Source: Cycas panzhihuaensis
Taxonomy: Eukaryota > Plantae > Cycadophyta
Assembly: GCA_023213395.1 (NCBI GenBank)
Contig: CM041465.1
Coordinates: forward strand, 141,677,741 to 141,741,740
Length of the DNA stretch: 64,000 bases
Direction of reading: 5' to 3'
Shown here: positions 13,130-27,105 of the stretch, in pieces
Layout: every line of letters begins with the position of its first letter
Position numbering within the stretch: position 1 is the first letter of the stretch
Notes under the pieces: generated by a model
What the model saw: only the letters and a program-made list of their open reading frames with translations
Databases searched by the model: none
What the model was told of the DNA's origin: nothing
Translations under genes and position numbers: made by a program

Positions 13130-16100
13130 CATCCTGACGTCATTGAACTTTTAACACAAGAGCTTCAGGAACAATGTCAGGATGCTCAAACTTTTCAGCA
13201 AAATTTGGTCACCAGCATGATGACCATGTTTCAATGAATATCACATCAATAAAATGTCCCAACAGTTGTTCTGATCCAATCGACTCCATTCAAATTGGAT
13301 GCTAAAATCAGTATTTCACTTTTTGAAGGTACAATGAATACAGACAAATTGGATGCATGGCTTCAAAGTCTGGAAGCCTATGTCAAAACACAGCAATTCA
13401 TAGAGGCACAAAAAATAATGGTTGCTGAAGTACATATGGCAGAATAGGCACTAACATGGTGGCAAGCATATTCCTGTGATAAACCATTTGTTTCATGGGC
13501 AGAATTCAAAACTATTGTTCGTAGTCGATTCTATCCTTCGGGATACATTGATGGACTCACTATGTTGGCTTCACCTCCGACAAGTTGCAAGCCAAACAAT
13601 TTAGCAATACATTGATGAGCTTGTCAAACTTTCTATACGGTTAGAAGTCTCTAATCCTGACCACATTCTCAAATTGAAATTTATTGGAGGACTCTTTTCA
13701 TCTTTGTAGCGTGAAATGGATCTTCTTCAGATTCCTACACTTGAAGGTACTTATCAATTTGCTCTCAAAATTGAAAATATGCTACAACGAAGACCATGGC
13801 CACCTCCAACATCTGCATCAACATCTAGGGCATTTGATGAGCCACATACAATTAGTACAAAAAAATATTATTCTTTTCACAAGAGTCAAGGCCATACAAA
13901 TGCTGAATGTCAAGCATAACAAAAACCTCGTACCTTGATCGCTGAACATCAGGCACTCGCAGAATCCATTGACATCATAGAGGTACCTGATTTGCAGGCC
14001 CTAGATCCACATCTTGTGTTAATGACCACTAAATATTTTGCTTCTCAGCGAGAGAAATGTTTCATGCAAAATTGTCAAATTAAGAACCACTTAGCTCTAT
14101 GTATCATTGATAATGGAAGCATGAAGAACTTGATTTATCAAGTAATAGTGGATTCTTTACAATTGGTGACCAAGCCACACCCAAAGCCTTATACTCTTGG
14201 GTGAATAAAAGCCAATGGTCATACAATGATGGTCGACAAAATGTGCATTGTTACTTTCGCTATTCCACCATTTCTGGATACAGTTGATTGTGATGTGACT
14301 CCTATGGACTACAACGACATTCTCTTGGGACAACCTTATCAACATGATCGATGGGCATTACATGATGGGTATCATAACACCTACATGCTGTATAAAAATG
14401 GAAAGGCATACAAACTGACTTATGCAGATAATGCTTCTCCGTCCTTGGCCATCATCATAGGAAATCCTGTAGTCAAACTTGTCAACACCTCCAAGCAAAT
14501 GGTACTTTGTGTAATTCATCAAGCAGAAAAAGAAAATTTTACTAAGATGCCTCCTAAAGCAATAAAATCTGTTTTAGATGCACAGTCTGATGTTTTTATA
14601 GAACCTAAGGGACTACCTCCCATACATGCTGTGCAACATTCTATTAATCTTCTTCTAGGTTCTCCACTTCCTAATCAGGCTCCTTATCGCAGGACTCCAC
14701 TCACTCGTGTTGAATTGGAGAGACAACTGACACAGTTCATTGATGAAGATAAAATTCAACCTAGTTGTTCTCCTTGTGGTTCAACCGCAATTCTCATTCT
14801 AGAAAAGAATAAAGAATGGTGTTTGTATATTGATTATCGAGCTCTAAACAAAATCACTATTAAAAATCAATATCCCTTGCCACACATTGATGATTTGTTA
14901 GATCATCTCAGAGGAGCCAAATATTTTACAAAAATTGATTTGGCCTCTGGATACCATCAAGTTCGAGTCGAAGCTCAAGATACATGGAAAACAACTTTCA
15001 AGACTCAAAATGGCCTTTATGAGTGGTTAATCATGCCCTTCTATTTAACTAATGCTCCTACTACTTTTATGTGACTTATCAATGATATTTTTCGCCCTTA
15101 TTTGGGTAAATTTATCATTGCCTATCTTGATGATATCTTGGTCTTCAGCGACAATTTGGAAGAACATTTGCATCATGTCAATACCGTCATGGCTTTGTTA
15201 TGAAAACATCAACTCAAAGCCAAATTTGAAAAATGTTTCTTCACATAGGACTCTATCTCTTGTCTGGGTTTATCATTGACAAGGACAGCATCCATGTTGA
15301 TCCAGACAAGGTCCGAATAATTCAGCAATGGCCAACCCCTTCTACTTTAACTAAACTCAAAAGTTTTCTTAGTTTTGTCAACTTTTATAGGAAATTAATC
15401 TCTCACTTTTCTAGCATTACACATCCTCTCAACATTCTTACCAAAAATTCCACAAGTTTTATCTGGAACTCCTCTGTTGAATCAGCTTTCCAAAAACTCA
15501 AGATTGCCCTCTGTACTGCACCCATTTTTCATCTTCCCAATCTCACTCAACCCTTTGAACTAGAAATTGATGCTTCCCAATTTGCCCTTGGCGCCGTACT
15601 TAACCAAGGAGGACATCCTATTGCTTATCATTTTGAAACTTTCTCCCAAGCTAAACTCAATTACAACACTTATGACAAAAAAATTTATGCCCTTGTCCAA
15701 GCTCTGCATCTTTGGAGGCACTTTCTCCTTGGCAATGAAACCATTGTTCATACTAATCACCAACCACTACAGTTTCTTAATTCACAATCCAAAATCCAAG
15801 AACATATACATCTTAAGTGGCCTTCTTATATTCAACAATTCCAACAAGTTATTAAATACAAAAAAGGAGTTTCTAACAAGGTCGTTGATTTTCTCAGTCG
15901 ACCTCCTACCTTAGCCTTAGCCACCTTCCTCACCACCACACTCAATCTATATTCTGAATGGCAACACTTGCTTCCTTCTGATCCCTTACTTTGGTCTTAT
16001 CCTTACTACCTTGTCTCAACCTACACAAACCAATCTTGAACCCTTTTTGGATTATCATCTCAAAAATGGACTCCTCTACAAAGTGAATCATGTGTGTGTT

Positions 16101-17395
16101 CCAGTGGGCACTCCGTGCCAACAGATACTTAAAGAAGTTCATTCTTCAACTTGTGGCAAACACTTTGGAATGCATAAAACTCTTCAGCATCTTCAATGAT
16201 ATTTTTAATGGCCTTCTATGCAAAAGACAATTGCAAATTATATACAACATTGCTCTCTCTATAGTTAATCCAAACCATCTAATTGTAAACTTGGACTTTG
16301 TCAACCACTTCCTGTTCCTAGCCGACCTTGGGAATCTATTTCGATGGACTTCGTCAGCGGGACTTCCTACAACTCAGCATGGTCACAACTACGTATCCGT
16401 CATTGTTTGTCGGTTCTCCAAAATGGCAATCTTTATTCCCTGCACTAAAAACATCTATGCTTCTCACACTGCAGACTTATTTTTTAAGCATGTTTGGAGT
16501 CTTTATGGACTTCCCCTTTCTATAATTTCTGATAGGGATAGTCAATTTCTCAGCGATTTTTGGAAGTCTCTATGGAAGCTGCTTGGTTGTCAACTTAAGT
16601 ATTCAACATCGTTTCATCCTTAGACTTATGGCCAAACGAAAGTGGTTAATCGCACCACAGTACATACGCCGCATTTACCAACATAGCAATAAACAGTGGG
16701 ACACACATCTTCATCATATCTAGCACAATTATAATTGAGCAACTCACGTTTCTCTTGGACGATCTCCTTTTGAAGTTTGCTATGGATATCAACCACTTGC
16801 TCCTTATGAACTCTCAGTTCTTATACCTTCTTCTGTAACAGGGCATGAACAAAAGGAACAACATAAAGTTGTTTCTTTTATTGATCACATGACCAAACTG
16901 CACTCCAAGATCAGCTAGATTCTTCATCAGATGCAAATCAAATATAAGTCCGCTCAAGATCAGCATCATTTGGTAAGTTCCTTTAGAGTTGGTGATAAAG
17001 TTTGGCTCCACCTTGATCGTAAACAGTTTAAGCATCAACATAAGCTTAAACCTATTTGGTTTGGTCCACATACTATCCTTCAAGCAATAGGACTAAATGC
17101 TCTTCGCCTTGATCTACCTGCACATTTAGGAATTCATGATGTTGTTAATATTAATCAGCTCAAGTTATATGAGCCACCACATTTGGAAATTGAACCTCCT
17201 CCCACTCATCCTATTGATACAATTCCAGATTTCTAGCCTCTTATTTCTGAAGACACCATTCTCGACACTTGACATTAGTGGACGCAACAACGCACTACAA
17301 CCACATATCTCCTTGGTCGAAAAGGAACTCTACCCACCAATGCCAAATGGGTCTCTAAATCAACACTCAAGGAACATTTTCCCCATCTTTAGCAA
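13130..17395 (+). pseudogene. Gypsy-C gag-PR-RT-RH-INT, disrupted
   Basis: IIDNGSMKN protease with a CRM-like PHPKPYTLG...DILLGQPYQHDR signature, IDYRALNK and YLDDIL RT, EIDASQFALGAVL RNase H, IISDRD integrase, WFGPH motif. Confidence 0.9.
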
Positions 17396-20300
17396 AAGTT
17401 AGGGGCAATTTCTTTTTAAGTAGGAAGGAAAATGATGAGTATAGTCCTAGTCTTATTTTCTAAGTGACATTGTAAAAAGGTACTTAGGGTACCTAATTAT
17501 TGTAAAAGTTACTTAGGATACCTAATTATTAATTAGGTACATAGGTGACACATGTTCCACATACAAACTAGGTTGAGTTTGTATAAATATGTATAACTTT
17601 CAAAGGAATCAATGAAGACGTTCTTTCTTACTCTCTCCTCTGGCTTTATTCAGGTCCTGCCTTCTTGAGAGCACTCTGAGGCCTAAAGGATCTTCTTTAC
17701 TTATGCAATTTTTGTGCTTAAAGCAAGGAGTGCTAATCAAAACCATATCATGGTATGCTTTGCTCATGGATAATTTTGTTCATTTGTGTTTGAATAGGTC
17801 CTGCCAAAAATGACTAGTGAACTTAGAGTCACAATCATTGAATATAATTTTGGGGAAGCTATGTAAGTGATGTATTTCTCTCATGGAGAGTTCTGCGACC
17901 TGGCTGCCTTTTACCATTGAATGGATCCCTCTGAAATGTGCATATTTTATTAGTCTATCAACAACTACAAAAATAATGTCTTTATCTTTAGATTTAGGTA
18001 GATCGGTGATGAAATCCATTCAAATGTCTTCCCATTTTTATTGTGAGATGGGCAATGGTTGTAGCAGGTCGAGACTTTTTAAACTTTCACATTTGTTTCT
18101 TTGACAGGAGTTGCATTCGACAATGAATCTATAGATGTCTTCCTTCATGCCTTAACGAAAGAGAGATCCGCATAACTTGTGATATGTTTTGTCGATTCTA
18201 CTGTGACCTACTGCAGGGATTGAGTGTGTTTCTTCGAGTATCTTGTATCTTAGATGTGATGTTGATGGGATCAATATTTTTCTCTTCCTTAAAATTAGAT
18301 TCCCTTACACTTTGAACTATGTGGATCCTTGGTCTTGTATTTCCTTCAAGATCTTCTAGATAGAATGGTCATTCAAGTACTCCTAAACTAGTTCCTATAT
18401 CCAACTTAGTGTTGCCTTCGAGATTGTTTGTGAGGATGTGCCATCCATGTTATCCTCTAGTATTTGTGATAGAGCATCTGCAATGATATTGTCTTTTCCC
18501 TTTTTGTATAGAATGGTCAAATTAAATGTTTGGAGTTTTTTGACCCATTTTTGTTGCTCATCGGACAATATTTACTACTTGAGAAAATACTTAAGGCTAT
18601 CATGGTCAGTATTGATGACGAACTTGTTCCCTAGAAAATATTGGTGTCATTTGTGTATTGCATGCATTATTGCAAGCATTTCCTTGTCGTATATAGGTTT
18701 GATGCATTCCCTAGTGTTGAGCTTTCGACTTTGGTAAGTGAGGGGTTGATCGTTTTGTAGGACTATTCCCACTCCTACGTCGAATGCATCACATTCTAGT
18801 GTAAAGGGTTGGGAGAAATCTGGAGTTGCGAGAACTACTACAGTGACCATAGCTGACTTTAGTTCCTAGAAGGCATTTTGTGTTGTAGGGTGGCATAACA
18901 AGGTATCTTTCCTCATCAAATCTATTAATGGTGAGGCGATGCTCACGTATCCCTGGATAAATTTTCAAAGGAATTCGGCTACTCTTAAGAAAGCCCATAC
19001 GCCTATTACATTCTTTGGTGTAGGCCAATTTATGATTGCTTGGACTTTTTTTGGGATCTATTTTAATGCCTTCTTGAGTGATGATATGGCCTAGATATTC
19101 CAATTCTATTCTTTCAAAGGTGCATTCACCTTTGTTGGAAAAAAATTGGTTTTCTTGTAGGATTTACAGAATAGACCGAACGTGGCATTGTAAATTAGGA
19201 TGTCATAAAAGAAAATGAGCACGAACTTTCACAGGAAGGGTTTGAATATCACATTCATGGTACTTTAGAATGTTGTTGGTGCATTTATTAGGCTGAATGG
19301 CATGACCCAAAATTCAAATAAATCCTCATATGTGCAAAATGTTGTTTAATACACATCTTTTGGTTTGATACGGATTTGATAGTACCCTGAACAAAAGTCA
19401 ATTTTTGAAAAGTATCTTGCTCCATGAATTTTATTTAATAAGTCATCGATCTGTGGAATAGGGTAACGATTTTTAACCGTTAGCTTATTCAATCCCCGAT
19501 AATCTACACACATCTAATAGGACCCATCCTTCTTGTGATTTAGTATGATTGGGGATGCAAAACGACTTGTAGTGGTTGAGATATATCCCTATTGTAGGAG
19601 GTCCTTGGTGATCTATTCTATCTCCCTTTTCAGATGATAAGGATGTTAGTAGGGTTGGGTGTTTACTGGGGCTGCTCCAAGTGGTAGTTTGATGTGATGT
19701 TGGGAATCTTGTTCTGTGGGTAAACCCTATGGTTCTTCAAAAACTTTACTATATTGGGTAATGTATCTTGGATTTCTACTAGTACATCTTCTATGGCAAT
19801 CTTATAACATATCAGTATAAATGATGTGGGGTTCTTCCTCAATCTTTTTTCCATTCGATGAGTTGTTACTAGTTGAGTTGGAGCTGTATCAGGTGCTCTA
19901 AGTTAGTATGCGTAATCTTTCTGCTTGAAGCTTATGCACCAAATTTTATAATTCGTGGTAACATATCCTAATGTCTCTAGCCACTGGATACCCTAGACTG
20001 TGTCTATTCCTCCAATTTCCATAGCAAACATGCAAGTAGTTATTGCATAATTTTCAATTTGTAAGTTTACTTTGGGGTAGAATCCTCTGCATGACATGGT
20101 TTTTCCATTTGCGATTGATACTTGGAAGGTGTCTAACACTTGAATTTGTAGGCCCTATTTCTTCAATGTTGTTTTGTTGATAAAGTTCTGGGTACTACTA
20201 CTATCTATGAGAATAGCTACTAAGAATCCCTTAATCTTCCCCTAGAATTTTAAGGTTTGGGGTGTGGTGACATCCCCAGTGATCGATTGTAAAGAAATTT

Positions 20301-20482
20301 GGACATGTTCGGTATTTGTCATGGTTGTGTCTTCTACTTCTATTTTTCTAGGATCTTCTAGAAGTTCTTCTTCCTCCTTCATTGGATTGCCTACCACTTC
20401 GTTATTTATTATAAATACCTTCTTTGATGTACATTGATGTCCCCTACTCCATTTTTCTCTACACTTGAAGCAAGTCCCTTGC

Positions 20483-20912
20483 TGTAGCGATTTGGTTATA
20501 CTTTTATAGCAATTTTCCTAAAAAATACAGGTACTAATCCACAAAAACAATAACTAGATGCTATTCAATAGGAAAATGAACAAGGAATAGGAATTACAGA
20601 ATCCACAGAAGTACATAATAATCTTTATTGTCAAATAATACCAAAATAGAACGAAATTACAATGAAATACCAATCTTTCCTAAAGAAGTGAACTTCCCTC
20701 TTTGAGGTGAGGAACCCTCCAAATTGCAACTCCCAAATGGGCGAGCTAATTGCAGCCCTAGAATCGAAAATACGTAGCCAAAAGAACCTCTGAATGATGG
20801 TTTGGGATGCGGCCCAAACTTCCTATATATAGTGATCAAAATACTTCAATTAGAAGTCGGCCACACTAGGTGATATTATCCTTAATATTGCTCAAATAGA
20901 AGTTAGCCAGAA
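20483..20912 (-). mobile_element. Truncated solo LTR inserted in Gypsy-B gag
   Basis: Starts TGTAGC, splits gag just before QGTCFKC, contains a TATA (cctatatatag 20822) and the shared LTR hairpin motif. No intact right end or TSD. Confidence 0.7.
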
Positions 20913-23900
20913 CTTCTCTTATTTTTCTATTGTTTTTTTTCCCAAGCGAGGATTCTGTTTTTGTCCCATATTTGGTCCAGTTAGGTTGTAAACTGAGATA
21001 GTTGTTTTGTTCATTTCACCAATTAAAGGTACCCCTGCTTTCCCTATATTTTGCTTCTATATTTGTAGCAAGTCTAATGGATTTCCTTATGTTGGTTGCC
21101 CCAATTGTTTTTATACGATATTTGATGTGGCCTTTGAATCCTCCAATATAAGTTTCGGTCATGAGATCACCTGGTAATGTGAAGGAACCAAACTTTGTAG
21201 AGCTCGGAATCATTCTATATAGGATTGAACCATTCCTACTTGTTGTAGTTAGGTGAGTTGGGAGAAGTAATCTATATTCCAGGTTTCTTCATGTTGTTCT
21301 ATTAGTGCATCCTTTAGTGAATCCCAGTTGTTTGTATTTTGCCTAGGAAGTCTCTTCCACCAATTGAACCATTAGAGTGCTTTGCCATAGAGATGAAAAG
21401 ATGCTCCTAAGGATTTCTTGTGGTTGGACAGATCGTATTCTTGGAAGTAAGATTCCATCTGGAGCTCCAACTATGAATATCCCTTAACCTATTTGTGTCA
21501 AATTTCTCCAAAAGAAACCCCATTCCTCGAAGCCCATACCTTGGTTCAATATCCCTTGAGTTCTTTTGTCCATAGTCTTTGGGGCTCCTTTCAAATTCTT
21601 TTTGTTCCTGGTGTCCTCGAAGAGGGTTTTTTGTTATCGATTCCCCCTCTTCTTTTTGTTTATCAAGCCTTTTGGTTAGGTTGTATATTTCAAGGCAGAT
21701 ACTATGTAGGCTATTTTCTAGGTGGTTTGATACTTTGTCCAAGTTATCAATTAATTGGTCTACCCTTTTGTTTATGCCTTCTAAAGTTACTGATTGAGTG
21801 TTAACCATTTTATCAGGTTGTAGAGTTTTCCCTAACCTTAATTCCTTTTTTTTTTTGAGGGGGGGGGGGGGGGCGGAAGAACTAATACAATAAAGTTTTA
21901 GGGAAATAGGATTATAATTTTCTTATTGATGACTAGATTTTCCATAGGATTTGCTTTTGAACGAAGCTTTGATATCACTTATAGCAAAGCTGGTAGGGTA
22001 AACTGAAGAAAAATGACAAAATAAAGTAAAAGGTGTACAATTCACACACAGTTTGCATATAATATACTGATAAATTAGAAGAAAAGTGAAAAAATAAAGT
22101 AAAACATGCACAATTCACACATAATTTGCTAGTAATATACTGAGATAAGCTGAAAAGATTGTTATCTGCTCATAATGGTGCTACTAAAATATCATTAAAA
22201 CATGAAATATAACTTACAAAATGTATTGGAAATGATCTTCCTCTTCAAGGCAAGGTCCCCTCCCAAGAATAGCAGCCCTAAGGCCGAAAATGCAACACAT
22301 GCAATTCACTTCAACACCCCTAAAAGAGGTCACAAACACCTTTAAATAGGTGGGTGAAAAGAGGGCTAAGGGGCTTGGCTAAAAAAAGATAGAGGTCAAC
22401 CAAAAATAACCATGTATGGTCAGCCCAAAAGACCCTCCTGAAGTTAGCTAGAAAGTAATGTAGATAATTCTTAAAAGGTCGGCCAATATAAGCATTTCTT
22501 TGTAAGTCAAACAGATGAACAAAGTAATAAATGTAACTCTTAATGAATGTAAAAAGTAGTCAACCAGAGTATCTCTTTGTAAATCGGCTAGACCAAAGAA
22601 GGAATGCTATGTTGTTGTAGAAGGTTTTGGAGGTCACGAGTCTGGTCTGGGTGAAGGTGTTCCTTTGATATGTGTGCTTCCATAGAAAAAAGATGGGCGA
22701 TGAATCCTGCATGCCCTTTATTGAGCAGTTTATCCATCTTTGTTGCAGCTATGACTTTAGAAATAGGTGTTGCGAATTGAAAGAACTGATGTAATTTTCT
22801 ATTCCAATGGGAAAAAATGAAGTTCTAATCGTGGTTTAATGCATAAATTCCTAGCTTCTTAAGCCATTTCACCCCTAGCATGAAATTTAGAGTTCTAGTC
22901 AGAAAAGCATAATAGCCAATACAAAAGGTGAGGGTGTTGATCTAGAGTTCCTGATTAGCAAATTCCCCATCATAACTGCTTTGTCATTCACCTAGTACTG
23001 CAATGTAAAAGGTTTTGGACTTATCGATAAATATGCCCAAACAAATGGTCAACTTGATGCCTATGAAGTTGTGTGTGCTGCCTAGGTCAATGAGGACAAT
23101 GACCTTTTGTTTGCAAAGGAATCGTTGTAACTTAATGGTGTTGGGTTGTTGTGTCCCTAAAATAGTTGCTAAGGAGATAAAAGGATTTCCACTTTCAAGT
23201 GGTGGCTCTCCCTCAGAAAGGGGTTGTTCCTCCATAATCAGGTTCATCTTTGGTCATATCAACTTCAACTACATAAAGTGGATTTCTCTTTAGGCAGGAC
23301 TTGAGATGGCCCGTAACTGCATTGCCTACAATTTTCACTCAGTATTGGCTTATTAGTATCCACCGAACAAGCCACTATTGAGGGCCAATTATTAAATCCA
23401 AGACAACAACCAGGAGGAATGTAATGAAAATTTTGTGTTTGTTCTTTAATCTCAGCTTGTCTAGCCATGACTATAGCTTTCTCTAATGATTTAGGTTAAA
23501 ACATCTTTACCTCAATATCAATGCCAGGGCAAAGATTAGCCTCGTAGAATTCCTCGTCAAATAGAGTGGTCTTTAGTTGCAATTTCTCAAAGTGCTCCAT
23601 CAATTCCTCGACTAAAGAATCTCATTCAAAATAGTGAGACAATTGGACCTTATAAGGAGTGAAGTAGGTCCTTCAATGTGAGTGTAAACAGCATCAATGA
23701 AATCATCCCATAGGATAAATCCACGATTAGAAAACCATTTTTGTGCCCATATATACAAGTTCCCTTCCATATGGTTGAAAACAAAATGAACTTTTTTGCC
23801 TGGAGCATTAATTTTATTGTCTTCAAATGCAACTTCAAGTTTAGAAGTCCATTCATCAAAGTCAACCGTGCTTTTGATGTTGAAATTGGGAATAGTTAGT

Positions 23901-26603
23901 TGCTTTTTATATTGAATCATTGCCTAATTGTTGGCATTGCTATGATTGTCCTAGGAGGTAGATGATTCCTGCTTTAGTTTTGGTTGATTGGTCATGAGCT
24001 TGTGGATACTATCATTTGTCTACTTCATCCATTGTTCAATGGCATTGAGACTAGTAGATATATCCTTCTTGGCATCATCTTTGTTGGCCATTTTAGCTCA
24101 TTTTGAGTAGTCGACGATGGTGGCCTTTACAATGCCTTATCGAAGCTCCAAAGTTCAATGATGTTCAAAATGTGATATTTAGGCAACTTGAACCAACCAA
24201 AAAATGCTATATGTGATGATGAGCTCAAAGAGGGATTTACTAGAAGAACAAGGATAGGAAGACACAATAGGGTGGTGAGTTTAAAACAGTATAGGAAATA
24301 GCTGTGTAGTTTTGATGGAAAAAGGTGTTTGAGCCACATTTCAGGCTTTTGAGATTGTATTGAAGGAATATTCTAAACAAAATATTTTGATATTAATACG
24401 AATTGAAACCATAGGTTTTAAGGTCATAATAAGATTTATATCAATGGGTGACAACTATGACTACAAGATCAACAGTGACCAAACTAGCAAGTAATTTTTG
24501 GTGAGGTTAGACTAATGCCAATGGAGGGCAATCATTGATGGTATCTACATATGAACGAATAATAAGGTAATGGGATGGGTTGCAAAATGCAAAGATAATA
24601 ATGAAGAAATTGTAATTATTTAGCCATAAGAATATGACAACAAGAATGGTAGACCTACAAAATGAATCACATAGATAATAGGTATGCTTGTGGACACAAC
24701 AATGAACAAGCAATTGAATTTAATGGTTATTGTAAGGAAACACTAGCAAATGAGTGCTGACTTGTAAAGGATGAGGTTGTGAGAATGTTGATGGAGAGAT
24801 GCCAGAAAGACTAATGGGGAGACATAAAAATAATCAAAGAAATGGTACGGCGATGTAGTAAGTTGAAAGAACAATGCACAAGGTAGACAAACATCAGAGG
24901 AATAAATGTAGAAGGTAGGTAGGCCAATGCTTGAAGGCAATTGTCTAAGTGAAAAACATGGACTAAATGGAGAACACAAAGTTGGAATCTTGATAGAAGA
25001 GGCTTACCAACATTTTCTATGAGGCCAAGGATCATTCAAATCTTTGATACTACTTGTAGTAGACCTCACATCTACTACCTCCTTTGCTCTTAGCTTCAAA
25101 TCAAGGAACTCTTAGATGTGAGAAAATATTGGCTGGTAATATAATAAACATAGAAAAAGACCATTGAACAAATTCCTCAATGAGGTGATTCAGTTAATTT
25201 GCAAAACATATGATGTTCAATTACAAGAAAGGAGAGATTTTATATAAGCAGACATAAAACCATTCAAATATTTCCTACCCTTCCTACTAATTATTCAAAT
25301 ACCTAACTAGTTCTTAATTCTAATTAATGACTAACTGTTACAATTAACTAATGGAGTTGCAAGTAGTGAAACACAATAAATGCAAGAAAAAGGATCGCAA
25401 GAGTTAGAAGTACATCTTTGTGGGGTATTGTGATCAGAACAAGGGGTATTGACTGTGGGATCCAAAATTGAAAAAGCTTCAAGTTAGTTGGATGTTCGGT
25501 TTAATAAGTCGATAACATATCATGCTGCAATCACCGCATTTGAAAAAGTTCCTCATCTGCTATTACTACCAAATCATTCATGGCTAGACACCGAGTTTGA
25601 GGATCAAACTGAGGCTAGGCAAATCAATGGAGATGTCGTGGAACATCAATCATAGGAGGAGGTTGTAGAGACACCAGAACCCTCTAGGTCATTATGGGCA
25701 AGGAAGACGATTGAAGCATCTAACGTGACTATAGACCCATCAAATGATCGAAGAACTAGAAGTCAATACGCTAGTCATGCTCTTATGGTTAGCACCATTC
25801 ACTCCCATGATCTTGATTCTTTTGTTGAGATAGAGAAGAATCCTCAATGGCAGACTAGAATGGAGAAGGAGTATAGTTCTCCAATCAAGAATAGAACATG
25901 GGAATTAGTTCCATTAGCTCTAGGGAAAAACTTGATCAAATGTAAGTGGCTCTACAAAACGAAGTTCTACTCTGATGGCAAGGTGGAAAAGTTCAAGGCC
26001 TTATTTCTTGTCTAAGGTTTCAAACAAAAAGAAGGGATAGATTACGGTGAGACATTTGCATCTATCTTGAAGATGACTATGATTAGGATGATCCTTTCGA
26101 CTGCAACCTAATTTAGGTGGAAGACACATCATATGGATGTGAAGCCCTCATTCCTTAATGGAGAATTGAATAAGGAGATTTACATGGTACAACTCTTGGC
26201 TTCGTTGAGGAAGGAGATGAGAAGTTTGTGTGCCATTTGAACAAACAACAAACTGTTGCATTATCTTCTACTGAGGTGGAGTACCAAGGACTCTCCATGG
26301 GTGCTCGTGAAGTTGTTTGGTTGAAAATAAATGTTAGATGTTCTTGATATTCAAATCAACACAATGACTATCTTCATTGATAATCAAAGTACTATTCCAT
26401 TGTTGAAGAATCCTAAGTTTCATGCTCAAACCAAACACATCAAGATACAACACAATTATATTCAAGAGATGATCAAAGTGGAGAAGTTGAATGTGGAATA
26501 TTGTCCAAGTGATAAACTCGCAAACATATTTACAAAGCCGCTTATTAAAGATCATTTCAGAAAAATTGGATTAGGCCTACGCGAGATTACCTTTGAGGGG
26601 GGA

Positions 26604-27105
26604 TGAATTTGCAAAGCCAACTCTCGCTATCCTTGAAGGTTAGTAGTTTGCAACACCAAGTTGATCTGCACCTATATACTGAGTCCCGAATCCCGCATTC
26701 GCATTAAGGGGGTTTGCTAGCGAACACCGTTAAAGGTTAACACATGGTAGCTATTAATGCTTCATGTGGTGGTGAGTGGTGAATGTGGCAAAATGAAGCG
26801 ATGCTATTCAGGAGATGCAACCTTTCAGAAGAGTCTCGACCCTATTTGAACAGTTGCAGCTCTTGGCTAGATGTACCCTTTGGAGTCCTATAAAAGAGAT
26901 CCTAGGTAGGGTTGGTAAATCATCGAATTGGTTTTCAAACCATTCAGTGATGTAACATTGCCATCTTTAATAAATTGTCGATATTGTGTGGATTTTTTCC
27001 CAAAACGATTTTTCCACGTAAACTTGTGTCTTTCGTGTGCTTGTTCTCCTATATGATGTGTTGTTTTTTTCTATGTAAATGATGAAAAGATCTAGCAAGG
27101 ATTCA
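26604..27105 (+). repeat. Copia-2 3' LTR (502 bp)
   Basis: Follows the PPT, has terminal inverted repeats TGAAT/ATTCA and a TATA-like cctataaaa near 26888. Confidence 0.8.

Larger units (their letters stand above)
11863..17750 (+). mobile_element. Gypsy-C: full-length, CRM-like Ty3/gypsy element inserted in Gypsy-B integrase
   Basis: LTRs 11863-12200 and 17433-17750 (TGATG...TATCA), perfect TSD TGGTA, PBS tggtatcaaag 12203-12213, PPT aggaaggaaaa before 17433. Confidence 0.95.
10437..22611 (-). mobile_element. Gypsy-B: chromovirus-type Ty3/gypsy element inserted in Gypsy-A pol
   Basis: LTRs 10437 to about 11068 and 21980-22611 (about 630 bp). TSD ctatt/ttgtt, both derivable from CTGTT. PBS gctttgatatca 21966-21977, PPT near 11071-11079. 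CFKC knuckle, MDFITDLP integrase, PRFFGPF motif, chromodomain remnant. Confidence 0.88.
7268..25373 (-). mobile_element. Gypsy-A: chromovirus-type Ty3/gypsy element, interrupted by Gypsy-B
   Basis: LTRs 7268-7600 and 25055-25373, perfect TSD CAATA (7263-7267, 25374-25378). Degenerate tRNA-Met PBS near 25041-25052, C-run PPT 7605-7632. Gag about 23250-24100, LIDLGSTHNFI protease, RT/RH/INT 7800-10431, chromodomain remnant about 7660-7800. Confidence 0.9.
6321..27105 (+). mobile_element. Copia-2: old Ty1/copia element hosting the nest (pol pieces 6321-7267 and 25379-26603; 3' LTR 26604-27105)
   Basis: VYYALKMKKNLL, LWHERLG and FVDNYTRKNWVYFLK up to 7267. Frame resumes KCKKKDRKS..IFVGYCD after the CAATA TSD, then RT and RNase H remnants. 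PPT gagggggga, LTR TGAAT...ATTCA. Confidence 0.88.

Noticed and set aside
21846-21873. T-run/G-run, and the C-run at 7605-7632, as functional G-quadruplex sites
   Set aside because: Most simply explained as homopolymer slippage in a leader or PPT; run lengths are also error-prone in sequencing.
26230-26260. Copia-2 RT-to-RNase H junction VCHLNK|QQTVALSS as a novel compact enzyme
   Set aside because: An ordinary internal deletion in a heavily decayed element.
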